A stretch of DNA of 64,000 nucleotides from Caecitellus pseudoparvulus (taxonomy: Eukaryota; Protista; Bigyra: Bicosoecida): NCBI GenBank assembly GCA_965644315.1, contig CBFFRQ010000040.1, positions 342,124 to 406,123 of the forward strand. Reading direction: 5' to 3'. The position numbers and the translations under genes were made by a program. The notes under the pieces are model-generated. The model had not been told where the DNA came from. It saw nothing but the letters and a program-made list of their open reading frames with translations, and ran no database searches. This document shows, piece after piece, positions 37,760 to 49,100 of the stretch (its first letter is position 1; each line of letters opens with the position of its first letter).

Positions 37760-40700
37760 ATGGCTGGGCCAGGCCAGGGAGGCTTGCCTCCCGGCATGCC
37801 CATGCCGCCGAACTTCCCCATGCCTCCAGGGGCAGCCATGCCGCCGCCGCCTGGCGTGGGCATGCCGCCTGGATTCCCCCCCGGAATGCATGGTGCAGGG
37901 GGCGGCTTGCCACCTGGAATGCCTCCGGGTTACTCGCCGTTTGCCGGGGGCATGCCATTTCCGCCACCCGGCGGGGCTGCCCATGGCGGCCCAGCGCCGA
38001 CGAAGGAGGAGCTGCTGGCGAAGGAAGCGAAGAAATGGGCCAGGAGTAATGCGAAGAAGTTTGCTGCCAAGCGCAAGGCTGGCTATGTGGACGTGCAGAA
38101 GGAAGACATGCCGCCCGAGCATGTGCGCAAGCTGATTCGAGACCGCGGCAGCATGGAGGCCAAGAAGTTCAGGCAGGACAAGCGAGTGTACTTGGGGGCG
38201 CTGAAGTATGTTCCCCACTCAGTCCTGAAGCTGCTGGAAAACATGCCCATGCCTTGGGAGCAGGTGCGTGTGCGCACGGCGTTCCGTTGGCGTTTCGCTT
38301 CACGGACAGGGCGGCGTTGTCGTTGGCTGGCTCCTTGGCGACCCCGTTTGGCACACTGTACGCCCTCTCTCCTCGCAGACTCGCAAGGTGAACGTCTTGT
38401 ACCACATCACGGGCGCGATCTCTTTCGTGAACGAGATCCCGTGGGTGATCGAGCCGCTTTTCCTGGCTCAGTGGAGCACGATGTGGATCATGATGCGGCG
38501 GGAGAAGCGAGACCGCCGGCACTTCAAGCGCATGCGCTTCCCCCCCTTTGACGACGAGGAGCCACCCCTGGACTTCCAGGACAACATCTTAGACGTGGAG
38601 GCGCTGGAGCCGATCATGATGGACCTGGACGAGGAGGACGACGAGGCCGTCATCGACTGGTTCTACGAGCACAAGGCGCTCGCCGACACCAACCTCGTCA
38701 GCGGCAAGTCCTACAAGTGGTGGCGTCTGCCAGTGGCCGTCATGGCCAACCTGCACCGCCTCGCCGGGCCGCTCATCTCGGACCTCGTGGACCGCAACTA
38801 CTTTCACCTGTTCGACTTGAAGTCGTTCTACACCGCCAAGGCCCTGAACGTGGCCATCCCCGGGGGACCCAAGTTCGAGCCGCTGTTCAGGGACGAAGAC
38901 GACGACGAGGACTGGAACGAGTTCAACGACATCCACAAGATCATCGTGCGGGCGCCCCTGCGCACGGAGTACAGGGTGGCCTTCCCCTACTTGTACAACA
39001 GCCGCCCACGCAAGGTGGTGCCGCAGGCGTACCACTACCCCCCCTCAGCGTACATCAAGCCAGAGGACCCCAACCTGCCCGCCTTCTACTACGACCCCAT
39101 CGTGAACCCCATCTCCGCCTTCCGCAAGGGCGGCAAGGGGGCCGCCAGCCTGCGCACACCGCCCAGTGCAGCAGCCGTGCCCGGTGGCGTGTGGCGGCCT
39201 GGCTGCCGCAGGGAGGAGGCGCCCGGCACCGTGCTGGACAGCGGCATGGACGCCGAGGCGGTGGCGGATGCCATGCAGTGGAGCGGCGGCGACAGAGTGC
39301 GGGGCCGTGCCCTGCAGGCCGCCTGCCCTGCCCACGAGGAGGACGGCGAAGTGGTGGTGCCGGGCGCTGGCTCTGCTCTGCTGGGCAGCACCCCCCTGTA
39401 CACGCCCAACACGGCCAACGGCATCGCGCTGTACTTTGCGCCACGCCCCTTTAACTTGCGTGCGGGCCACTGCCGCCGCGCCCAGGACATCCCCCTCGTG
39501 AAGGGCTGGTACAAGGAGCACTGCCCCCCCGGCATGCCCGTGAAGGTGCGTGTCTCGTACCAGAAGCTGCTCAAGTCGTGGGTGTTGAACGAGCTGCACT
39601 CGCGGCCGCCCAAGGCGGTGGCGAAGAAGTACCTCCTGCGCGCGCTGAAGGGCACGAAGTTCTTCCAGAGCACAGCACTGGACTGGGTGGAGGTGGGGCT
39701 GCAGGTGTGCCGGCAGGGGCACAACATGCTGAACTTGCTCATCCACCGCAAGGCGCTGACGTACCTGCACCTGGACTACAACTTCAACTTGAAGCCCACC
39801 AAGACGCTGACGACCAAGGAGCGCAAGAAGAGCCGCTTCGGCTCAGCCTTCCACTTGACACGAGAGATCCTCCGTCTGACCAAGCTGGTGGTGGACTCCC
39901 ACGTGCAGTACCGCTTGGGCAACATGGACGCCTTCCAGCTGGCGGACGGCTTGCAGTACATCTTCGCCCACGTCGGGCAGCTGACGGGTATGTACCGTTT
40001 CAAGTACCGCGTCATGCGGCAGATCCGTGCCTGCAAGGACCTCAAGCACGTCATCTACTACAGGTTCAACACGGGGCCAGTGGGCAAGGGACCAGGCGTG
40101 GGCATTTGGACGCCAGGCTGGCGCGTGTGGCTGTTCTTCCTGCGTGGCATCGTGCCGCTGCTGGAGCGGTGGCTGGGCAACCTCCTCGCCCGCCAGTTTG
40201 AGGGGCGGCACAACAAGAGCGCCGCCAAGAGCATCACGAAGCAGCGCGTGGAGAGCAACTACGACCTGGAGCTGCGCGCGGCGGTGATGCACGACATCCT
40301 GGACATGATGCCAGAGGGCGTGCGGGCGAACAAGGCACGCACCATCATGCAGCACTTGTCGGAGGCGTGGCGGTGCTGGAAGGCCAACATCCCGTGGAAG
40401 GTGCCGGGCATGCCTGCACCCGTGGAGAACATGATCCTGCGCTACGTCAAGAGCAAGGCGGACTGGTGGACGAGCATGGCGCACTACAACCGCGAGCGCA
40501 TCCGCCGGGGGGCCACGGTGGACAAGACCGTGTGCAAGAAGAACCTGGGCGCCCTCACTCGCCTGTACTTGAAGGCAGAGCAGGAGCGCCAGCACAACTA
40601 CCTGAAGGACGGGCCCTACGTGACGGCGGAGGAGGCGGTGGCCATCTACACCACCACCGTGCACTGGCTTGAGAGCCGCAAGTTCCGGCCCATCCCCTTC

Positions 40701-43700
40701 CCCCCCCTCTCCTACAAGCACGACACGAAGCTGCTGATCCTGGCCCTGGAGCGCATCAAGGAGATTTACATGGCCAAGAGCCGCCTGAACACGGTGGAGC
40801 GCACGGAGCTGGGCCTGGTGGAGTCGGCGTACGACAACCCACACGAGACGCTGGCGCGCGTGAAGCGGCACCTGCTGACGCAGCGCACATTCAAGGAGGT
40901 GGGCATCGAGTTCATGGACCTGTACTCCCACCTCATCCCAGTGTATCGCATCGACCCCCTGGAGAAGATCACCGACTGCTACCTGGACCAGTACCTGTGG
41001 TACGAAGGGGACAAGCGGCGCCTGTTCCCCAACTGGGTGAAGCCGGCGGACAGCGAGCCCCCCCCCATCTTGGTGCACCGCTGGTGCCAGGCGGCCAACA
41101 ACCTCGTGGACGTGTGGGACACCAGCGGAAACGAGTGCGTCGTTCTGCTGCAGAGCACCCTGGAGAAGGTGTTCGAGAAGGTGGACTTGACGCTGCTGAA
41201 CCGCCTGCTGCGGCTGGTGGTGGACCACAGCATCGCGGACTACATGACGGGCAAGAACAGCGTCGCCCTCTCCTACAAGGACATGGACCACACGAACTCC
41301 TACGGCCTCATCCGTGGCCTGCAGTTCGCCTCATTCGCCTTCCAGTACTACGGGCTGGTGCTGGACCTGCTGGCGCTGGGCTTGACGCGGGCGGAGGAGC
41401 TGGCGGGGCCGCCCGACGTGCCCAACGACTTCCTCACCTTCCCCGACGAGGAGACGGAGGTGGCGCACCCCATCCGCATGTACATGCGGTACGTGGACAA
41501 GGTGTACATGCTCTTCCGCTTCACGGCTGACGAGAGCAAGGACTTGATCCAGCGGTACCTGACAGAGCACCCCGACCCCAACAACGAGAACGTCGTCGGG
41601 TACACCAACAAGAAGTGCTGGCCGCGGGATGCGCGCATGCGCCTCATGAAGCACGACGTGAACCTGGGCCGGGCGACGTTCTGGGAGATCAAGAACCGCC
41701 TGCCGCGGTCCCTGACGACGCTGGAGTGGGACAACTCCTTCGTCAGCGTGTACAGCCGGGACAACCCCAACTTGCTCTTTGACATGTGCGGCTTCGAGGT
41801 GCGCATCCTGCCCAAGTGTCGCGCGGCGGGCGGCATTCTCGTCGCGCGGGACGGCGTGTGGGCGCTGCTGAACGACGTGACCAAGGAGCGCACGGCGCAG
41901 GCATTCCTGCGCGTGGAGGAGGCTGCCCAGCGCACGTTCGAGAACCGCATCCGGCAGATCCTCATGTCCTCGGGCAGCACGACCTTCACGAAAGTGGCCA
42001 ACAAGTGGAACTCTGCCCTCATCGGGCTCATGACGTACTTCCGCGAGGCCGTTATCCACACGGAGGAGCTGCTGGACCTGCTGGTCAAGTGCGAGAGCAA
42101 GATCCAGACCCGCATCAAGATCGGCCTGAACTCCAAGATGCCCTCGCGGTTCCCTCCCGCGACCATGTACACGCCCAAGGAGCTGGGTGGCCTTGGCATG
42201 ATCAGCATGGGGCACATCCTCATCCCGCAGTCCGACCTGCGATACTCCCGGCAGACGGAGGCGTCCGTGACGCACTTCCGAGCAGGGATGACCCATGAAG
42301 CGGACCAGTTCATCCCCAACCTGTACCGGTACATCATGCCATGGGAGAGCGAGATCGTGGACTCCCAGCGCGTGTGGGCGGAGTACGCAGTGAAGCGCGC
42401 TGAAGCCGCCGCGCAGAGCCGCCGCCTGACGCTGGAGGACTTGGAGGACAGCTGGGACCGGGGCATTCCCCGCATCAACACGCTGTTCCAGAAGGACCGC
42501 CACACCCTGGCGTACGACAAGGGGTGGCGTGTGCGCACGCACTTCCAGCAGTTCCAGCTGACGCGCCAGAACCAGTTCTGGTGGACCAACGCCCGGCACG
42601 ACGGCAAGCTGTGGAACTTGAACAACTACCGCACAGACGTGATCCAGGCGCTGGGCGGCGTGGAGGGCATCCTGGAGCACACGCTGTTCCGGGGCACGTA
42701 CTTCTCCACGTGGGAGGGCCTGTTCTGGGAGAAGGCCTCTGGCTTCGAGGAGTCCATGAAGTACAAGAAGATTACGAACGCGCAGCGCATGGGTCTGAAC
42801 CAAATCCCCAATCGCCGCTTTGCGCTGTGGTGGTCCCCCACCCTGAACCGTGCCAACGTGTACGTGGGCTTCCAGGTGCAGCTGGACTTGACGGGCATCT
42901 TCATGCACGGCAAGCTGCCAGTGCTGAAGATCAGCCTCATCCAGATCTTCAGGGCGCACTTGTGGCAGAAGATCCACGAGAGCGTCGTCATGGACCTGTG
43001 CCAGGTGCTGGACATGGAGATGGACTCGCTGGACATCGAGAACGTGCAGAAGGAGACCATCCACCCGCGCAAGTCGTACAAGATGAACTCTTCCTGCGCC
43101 GACATCCTGCTGTTCGCGTCGTACAAGTGGCAGGTCAGCCAGCCGTCCCTGCTGGGGGACACGTCGGACAACTACACCGGCACCACCTCCAACAAGTGGT
43201 GGGTGGATGTGCAGCTGCGCTGGGGCGACTTTGACTCCCACGACGTGGAGCGGTACAGCCGTGCCAAGTTCCTGGACTACACGACTGACAACATGAGCCA
43301 CTACCCGTCCCCCACGGGGGCGCTCTTTGCCATTGACCTCGCGTACAACCTGTACTCGGGCTTCGGGAACTGGTTCCCCGGCGTCAAGCCCCTCATGCAG
43401 CAGGCCATGGCGAAGATCATGAAGGTGAACCCTGCCCTGTACGTCCTGCGGGAGCGCGTGCGCAAGGGGCTGCAGCTGTACTCGTCAGAGCCCACGGAGC
43501 CGTACCTGAGCAGTCAGAACTACTCGGAGCTGTTCTCGTCGCAGAACATCTGGTTCGTGGACGACAGCCAGGTGTACCGCTTGACGACGCACAAGACCTT
43601 CGAGGGCAACTTGACGTCCAAGCCTATGAACGGCGCCATCATCATCTTCAACCCGCGCACTGGGCGCCTGTGGCTGAAGGTCATCCACACCAGTGTCTGG

Positions 43701-45230
43701 GCGGGGCAGAAGCGGCGGTCCAGCCTGGCCAAGTGGAAGACTGCAGAGGAGGTGGCTGCGCTGATCCGGTCCCTGCCCCGGGACCAGCAGCCCAACCAGA
43801 TCATCGTCACGCGCAAGACGCTGCTGGACCCCATGGAGGTGCACTTGCTGGACTTCCCCAACGTCGTCATCAAGGGTTCTGAGCTGAACCTGCCCTTCCA
43901 GTGCCTGCTGGACATCGAGAAGTTCGGGGACATGGTCATCCGTGCCACGGAGCCGATGATGCTGCAGTACAACATGTACGACGACTGGATGGCGAAGGTG
44001 TCCTCGTACACGTGCTTCTCCCGCCTCATCCTCCTGCTGCGCGGGCTGCACGTGAACACAGGCAAGACCAAGGTGGTGCTGAAGCCGGACAAGACGACGG
44101 TGACGGAGGCGCACCACGTGTGGCCCAGCCTCACGGACGACGAGTGGATGAAGGTGGAGGTCATGTTGAAGGACTTGATCCTGGAGGACTACGGTCGCAA
44201 GAACAACGTGAACGTGGAGTCCCTGACGCAGAACGAGATCCGCGACATCATCCTGGGCATGGAAATCGCGCCGCCTTCCGAGCAACGCCAGCAGATCTCC
44301 GAGATCGAGGCGCAGAAGGAGGCGGCGGCGGCGCTGACCGAGACGACGACGCGCGCGACGAACGTGCGTGGCGAGGAGATGATCGTGACGACCACCTCCG
44401 CGTACGAGCAGGCGACGTTCGCCAGCCGCACCGACTGGCGCGTGCGGGCCATTTCGGCTGCAAACCTGCACCTGCGTACGAGCCACCTGTACGTGTCGTC
44501 GCCTGACTTGAGCGAGGAAGGCATCACGTACATTATGCCCAAGAACATCCTGACGAAGTTCATCACTATCGCCGACCTGCGCACCCAGATTGGCGGCTTT
44601 CTGTACGGCGTATCGCCGCCCGACACGCCGTCAGTGAAGGAGGTGCGCGCCATCGTCATGGTGCCGCAGGTGGGCAACCACGCGTCAGTGACGCTGACGG
44701 AAAAGGTGCCTGCACACGACTACCTGTCGGATTTGGAGCCGCTGGGGTGGATCCACACCCAGCCCAACGAGAAGCGGCACCTGGAGCCGACGGATGTGGT
44801 GAAGCACGCCGCCCTGGCGAGTGCTGGGCAGTGGAACCCCGACACAGCCGTACTCCTGACCTGCTCCTTCACGCCCGGGTCTGTCTCCGTTGCCGCGTAC
44901 AAGGTGCTGCCTGAGGGGCTGATGTGGGGCGCCGAGTCGGCGACGGCGGGAGCCAACCCGCCCGGCTTCGCGCCCAAGAAGCACTACGCCAAGGTGCAGA
45001 TGCTGCTGTCTGACCGCATCATGGGCTTCTTCATGGTGCCCAGCGCAGGCTCCTGGAACTACAACTTCATGGGCTCCAAGCACTCCCCCAGCATGCCCTT
45101 TGGCCTGCGCCTGGACAACCCCTTGGAGTACTACAACGAAGCCCACCGCCCAGCGCACTTCCTGACGTTCAAGGCGTCCCTTGGGGGCGCGGCGGAGGCA
45201 GGGGCAGATGTGGAGGACCCCTTCGCGTAG
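37760..45230 (+). CDS. PRPF8: Pre-mRNA splicing factor Prp8
   Basis: Pro/Gly/Met-rich N-terminus, then MPPEHVRK and [11 protein letters not shown], intron 38264-38378, then the RT, linker, RNase H and Jab1/MPN (GWIHTQPNE) regions. TAG at 45228-45230. Confidence 0.99.
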
Positions 45231-45255
45231 GCGTGGCGTCGTTCGTCGCAAACAC

Positions 45256-45263
45256 AATGCATT
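45256..45263. terminator. Palindromic AATGCATT: candidate bidirectional 3'-end/polyadenylation signal shared by PRP8 and the histidine kinase gene
   Basis: It reads AATGCA on both strands, 25 nt after the PRP8 stop and 23 nt after the kinase stop. The same hexamer follows most stops in the window. Confidence 0.55.
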
Positions 45264-45286
45264 GCAGTGGTGCGCCACCCCTGTGC

Positions 45287-48200
45287 TCACTCTTGCAACC
45301 CACTGGCCTGTCTGGTCGGGCTGTCGTCCCCCCCGAACAGGAGGTCCTGGATGGCGGTGCGCAAGACGTGCGGGTCCACAGGCTTGGTGCAGACCTTGTC
45401 TGCGCCGGCGCACTTGAGGTCGTGCACGTCCTGCATGAGGGCATTGCCTGTGAGGCCGATGATGGGGCCCGTGTACCCCATGCGGCGGATGGCCCGGCAG
45501 GCGTCAAGGCCATTCATCACGGGCATCTGCACGTCCATGGTGATGACCGAGATGCCCTTGACGCCAGCTTGGGACACCGCCTCCACCGCCTCCACGCCAT
45601 TCGCCGCTTGCACGACGTCAGTCACGCCACACCGCCGCAGCAGTGTCCGCCGCAGCAGCTTTCGAGTGGTTGCCACGTCGTCCACGACCAGAGCGGTGAC
45701 CTTGGGCAGGGGGGACTCCCCCACAGCACCTGCTTGCCCGCCGTCGTCAGTTTCTGCTGCTTGCTCCTGCGCCTCGGGCTGGTGGGTGGGGGCAGCCTTC
45801 GCGTCGGCTTGCTCGGGGAGTGACGCCATGACAAGCTGGGCAGTGGCAGGGCCTGCACAGCTGTCGCTGACGGCGCGGGGTGGGCGGCCGCGTGGCGAGC
45901 ACGGGTCAGCCGTCGGCACTTGGGCTGAGGCGCCGGGGGGCTGCCCTTGGAGCGCCTTGCCAGGGGCTTGGGCCGTGCCAGGCGCGCTGCAGACGGCCAG
46001 GCGGGGTGGGGCCAGCAGGTCCGAGGCTGTGTTGGCGCGCTGCGGGCGGGCGTGGCGACGGCGGGTTCCGTGCCGCCGTGCCATGGCCGCGGCAGGCATG
46101 CTGTCTGACTCGTCCATGCCCACGAGGGACTCCCATCGGGGGGCCAGCGGCGCCGTGCTGCGTGGCGGTGGCACTGGCACGCTGATGGAGCGGGCGTGGT
46201 CCCCTGCGGCGGGGCCAGGGGGTGGCGGCGGCAGGGCTGTCGTGGAGGTGGCTGAAGAGGAGTGGGTGACGGGCGGCTGGGCCGCGGTCTGATCCAGGCG
46301 TGGTGGGGAGGCGTCGTGGAGGGCGGGCGCAGGCGCTAGCGCTGGCTGGGCAGCCCCCCCTGGCGGCTTGATTTGCGTGAGGGGCACGGTGAAGGAGAAC
46401 TCTGCTCCTCTGCCCTCGCCCTGCGACGCCGCTGACACGGTGCCGCTGTGCCGCGTGATCATGGTGCGGGCGATGGTGAGGGACAGCCCGGTGCCGGAGG
46501 AGGTGGGCAGGAACTGGAAGGGTTTCCACACCGCCTCCAAGTCTTGCTGCCGCATGCCGGCGCCGTTGTCTGTGACGCGGAAGGTGAGCCACCGCCGCGC
46601 CACGCGGGGGAACTGGCGCAGGCTGGCGTGCGACCCGGGCCCCGTGAAGGGGGCGCCCTCCACGCCACCACCCTCCACGCTGCTGCTGCTGCCGACCTCT
46701 GTCGCGCTGCGACTGAGGCGAGGCTGGTCCGGGGGGGCCGGCGGCATGGGGTCCGCTGTGGGGCCGGGGGCGCCCGTGTCCGATCCCTGCCTGCCCATGA
46801 CGGGGACGCGGTGCGGCACGACCTCCTCGCTGTCTGCGCGGTGGACAGGGCCCACCGTGGTGCCGGCCTCGCCTTCCCCGTTCCCCGTGGAGAAGGTGGC
46901 CATGTTCCACGTGTCGGGGGCAGGCAGGCGCGGGCCGGAGCGCTTGCGTTTGCGCACGTCGATGGGTGGCTCCAGCTCCAGCAGCTGCACCTTCACCTGC
47001 GGCGTGCCCTGCTCACACGCGAGGGAGTACTGGATGGCGTTCTCCAGCATGGCGTTCATGGCGAAGACGATGTTCTGCTGCTCCACCAGCACCCACAGCG
47101 CGTCGATGGGCCCACCCTCCAAGTCCACTGCCGAGCAGGGCAGGGGGCTGGCCACCTCTCGGTTGCCGCCCCCCGCCCCCACCTCAGCGGCAGGGTAGGC
47201 GCTGGAGGTGCCTGTGCAGCAGGCTGTAGGGCGCTGGGGCGGTGGCTTCTGCAGGCGCTGGTCGAACGGGACGAACCCCGACACGACCATGTGCACTCCC
47301 AGTGCGGCCGCACGGCGCCGGTGCTGCTCCACCACGCCGCTGTAAATGGCGATGATGTTCATGGGCTTGCGCAGCAGGTTGTGCTTGGGCTGGCGCAAGC
47401 CTGCCAGTTCCTTCACCTTGTCTAGCAGGCGGGCGGTCTGGCGGCAGGCGCTGGCGCTGGTCGCAACCAGGTCGCGCAGCTCTGCCCGGGTGTCGCCTTG
47501 CAGGGGCTGGGGCCCGGCCAGGATGTCGTGGGCGTCGTCTGAGGCCAGGAGGATGTTGCCCAGGGGTGTGCGCACTTGGTGGAAGAGCCACTTGGTGAAC
47601 TGCTGCATGCCAGCCATGGTGCGGTCAGCCGCCTCCATGCGCTCCTGGTACTGGGTGAGGGCGACGGTGGCCCACATGAGCATCATGGGCGTGGCGAAGT
47701 TGAAGGTGACGGTGGTGAGGACCTCAGAACTGTCCACGAAGACCCAGTGCGCCGCCAGGTGGGGGGGCAGGTAGAACCCCGCCGAGGAAGCGGCGATAAT
47801 GATGAGGGGTGTGACGACAGACCACGCCGCGACGAACTTGGTGATGACGTGCTTCTGGTGCACGCGGCGCATCTTGATGTGGTACACCGCCACTGACATG
47901 AGCACCAGGTACACCAGCACGGTGCAGGCGGAGGTGACTTCGTACGCGCCACGGGCCTGTGCGCCGCCACTGAGCACGTAGATGTGTTTGAAGAAGACGA
48001 AGGCGATGCCTTGGCCCAGCACCAGCGTCATAATCACGAACATCCACACGGCGGGGAGCCCGCAGACGAACATGAGGTACCGCGCCAGCGAGGGGTACAC
48101 AAAGTAGATGCTCTGCACGTCTGCCCACGTGTACTGCTCCTCGTCCAGCTCAGCGTTGCTCAGCACCTCGCTCCACGACACGCACTCTGCGCAGCGGAAG

Positions 48201-48835
48201 ACAGGGACGTACCCTGACGTTCGCAGCATGCCCACAAGTACAGCATAAGCCGTCCTGCGCAGGAAGAAGCGGCGGGGGAGCGGCGTGACGGCACCGGGGC
48301 GTTGCGCTGGCGTTTCAGTGAAAGCACCAGTCATCACGCACAGTCTGCTGGCCAGGCGCACTGCTCGGCGTGTGTGGGGGTTGGGGGCGAGGTGGGCCCA
48401 AACTGCAATGACGTAGAGGAACAGCATGAAACTGATGGCGGTGGAGAGGCCTGCAAACACGCGTCGCAGCGTGCCGGGCGGAGCGTAGTCCAGGTCCAGA
48501 TCTCGCCCCAGCTCCACAGCCGTCACCTCCATGAGGGAGATGAGCAGCAGCTCCAGCACCAGGAGGGAGCCCTCGTAAGCATCATAGTACGTCTCCACCA
48601 GCGCAATGGTGCCCTGCATGCGCTCCGTCCACCGCGCGCAGAAGGGCTGGCAGCCCGGGAAGGCGTTCATCGTCCCATCGTCGGCGGAGCACCACAGCGG
48701 GCTGCGGGTGTCACAGCAGCTGCATGGCGTGCTGCTCTGGCACAGTGCCGCCAGCGGCACGCCTGCACCAGCGCTTGACACGCCCCCCTCGCGTGGCGTG
48801 CTGCTCACCGCGGCACTGGGCGGGCCGGCTGCCAT
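45287..48835 (-). CDS. Multi-TM hybrid histidine kinase (TM sensor, HisKA, HATPase, receiver)
   Basis: H-box FHQVRTPL, N-box LENAIQYS, G1 VTDNGAGM, G2 SGTGLSL, and receiver ALVVDD...ITMDVQMPVMNG...IIGLTG...KP. There are 7-8 hydrophobic helices upstream. The start at 48835 (MAAGPP) is inferred. Confidence 0.9.
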   Translation of the reverse strand: MAAGPPSAAVSSTPREGGVSSAGAGVPLAALCQSSTPCSCCDTRSPLWCSADDGTMNAFPGCQPFCARWTERMQGTIALVETYYDAYEGSLLVLELLLISLMEVTAVELGRDLDLDYAPPGTLRRVFAGLSTAISFMLFLYVIAVWAHLAPNPHTRRAVRLASRLCVMTGAFTETPAQRPGAVTPLPRRFFLRRTAYAVLVGMLRTSGYVPVFRCAECVSWSEVLSNAELDEEQYTWADVQSIYFVYPSLARYLMFVCGLPAVWMFVIMTLVLGQGIAFVFFKHIYVLSGGAQARGAYEVTSACTVLVYLVLMSVAVYHIKMRRVHQKHVITKFVAAWSVVTPLIIIAASSAGFYLPPHLAAHWVFVDSSEVLTTVTFNFATPMMLMWATVALTQYQERMEAADRTMAGMQQFTKWLFHQVRTPLGNILLASDDAHDILAGPQPLQGDTRAELRDLVATSASACRQTARLLDKVKELAGLRQPKHNLLRKPMNIIAIYSGVVEQHRRRAAALGVHMVVSGFVPFDQRLQKPPPQRPTACCTGTSSAYPAAEVGAGGGNREVASPLPCSAVDLEGGPIDALWVLVEQQNIVFAMNAMLENAIQYSLACEQGTPQVKVQLLELEPPIDVRKRKRSGPRLPAPDTWNMATFSTGNGEGEAGTTVGPVHRADSEEVVPHRVPVMGRQGSDTGAPGPTADPMPPAPPDQPRLSRSATEVGSSSSVEGGGVEGAPFTGPGSHASLRQFPRVARRWLTFRVTDNGAGMRQQDLEAVWKPFQFLPTSSGTGLSLTIARTMITRHSGTVSAASQGEGRGAEFSFTVPLTQIKPPGGAAQPALAPAPALHDASPPRLDQTAAQPPVTHSSSATSTTALPPPPPGPAAGDHARSISVPVPPPRSTAPLAPRWESLVGMDESDSMPAAAMARRHGTRRRHARPQRANTASDLLAPPRLAVCSAPGTAQAPGKALQGQPPGASAQVPTADPCSPRGRPPRAVSDSCAGPATAQLVMASLPEQADAKAAPTHQPEAQEQAAETDDGGQAGAVGESPLPKVTALVVDDVATTRKLLRRTLLRRCGVTDVVQAANGVEAVEAVSQAGVKGISVITMDVQMPVMNGLDACRAIRRMGYTGPIIGLTGNALMQDVHDLKCAGADKVCTKPVDPHVLRTAIQDLLFGGDDSPTRQASGLQE

Positions 48836-49100
48836 GGGACGGCGAGAGAGTTCGCCGAATGTGCTGTGTGAGGGGGGGGGGCGGGTTGCAGTCACGAATG
48901 GCAGCCGCTGCCCGCCAAACTCCACACCAACACTCCATTCAAGCGCTGAGTCTTGGAAGTAGCGGCGCGCTAGCGATTGCAGGGCCTGCTTTCGCTGCAG
49001 GACTGCCGGCGTTTCATTTGCCGGGCGTTTCGCGGACAGCTCTCGCAGCACCTGCCGCGCTGTGCGCGGGAGCCGAGGCGCTCGCGGCTGGCACGACACC

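Noticed and set aside
42715-42760. Prp8 intein at the known fungal insertion site
   Set aside because: The sequence reads [11 protein letters not shown] uninterrupted.
15399-44486. Long antisense ORFs (e.g. 15399-18173, 33337-36042, 39843-41291, 41331-43301, 27165-28574)
   Set aside because: They are shadows of GC3-rich genes (ACLY, kinase, PRP8, eIF3c), where stops are rare on the opposite strand.
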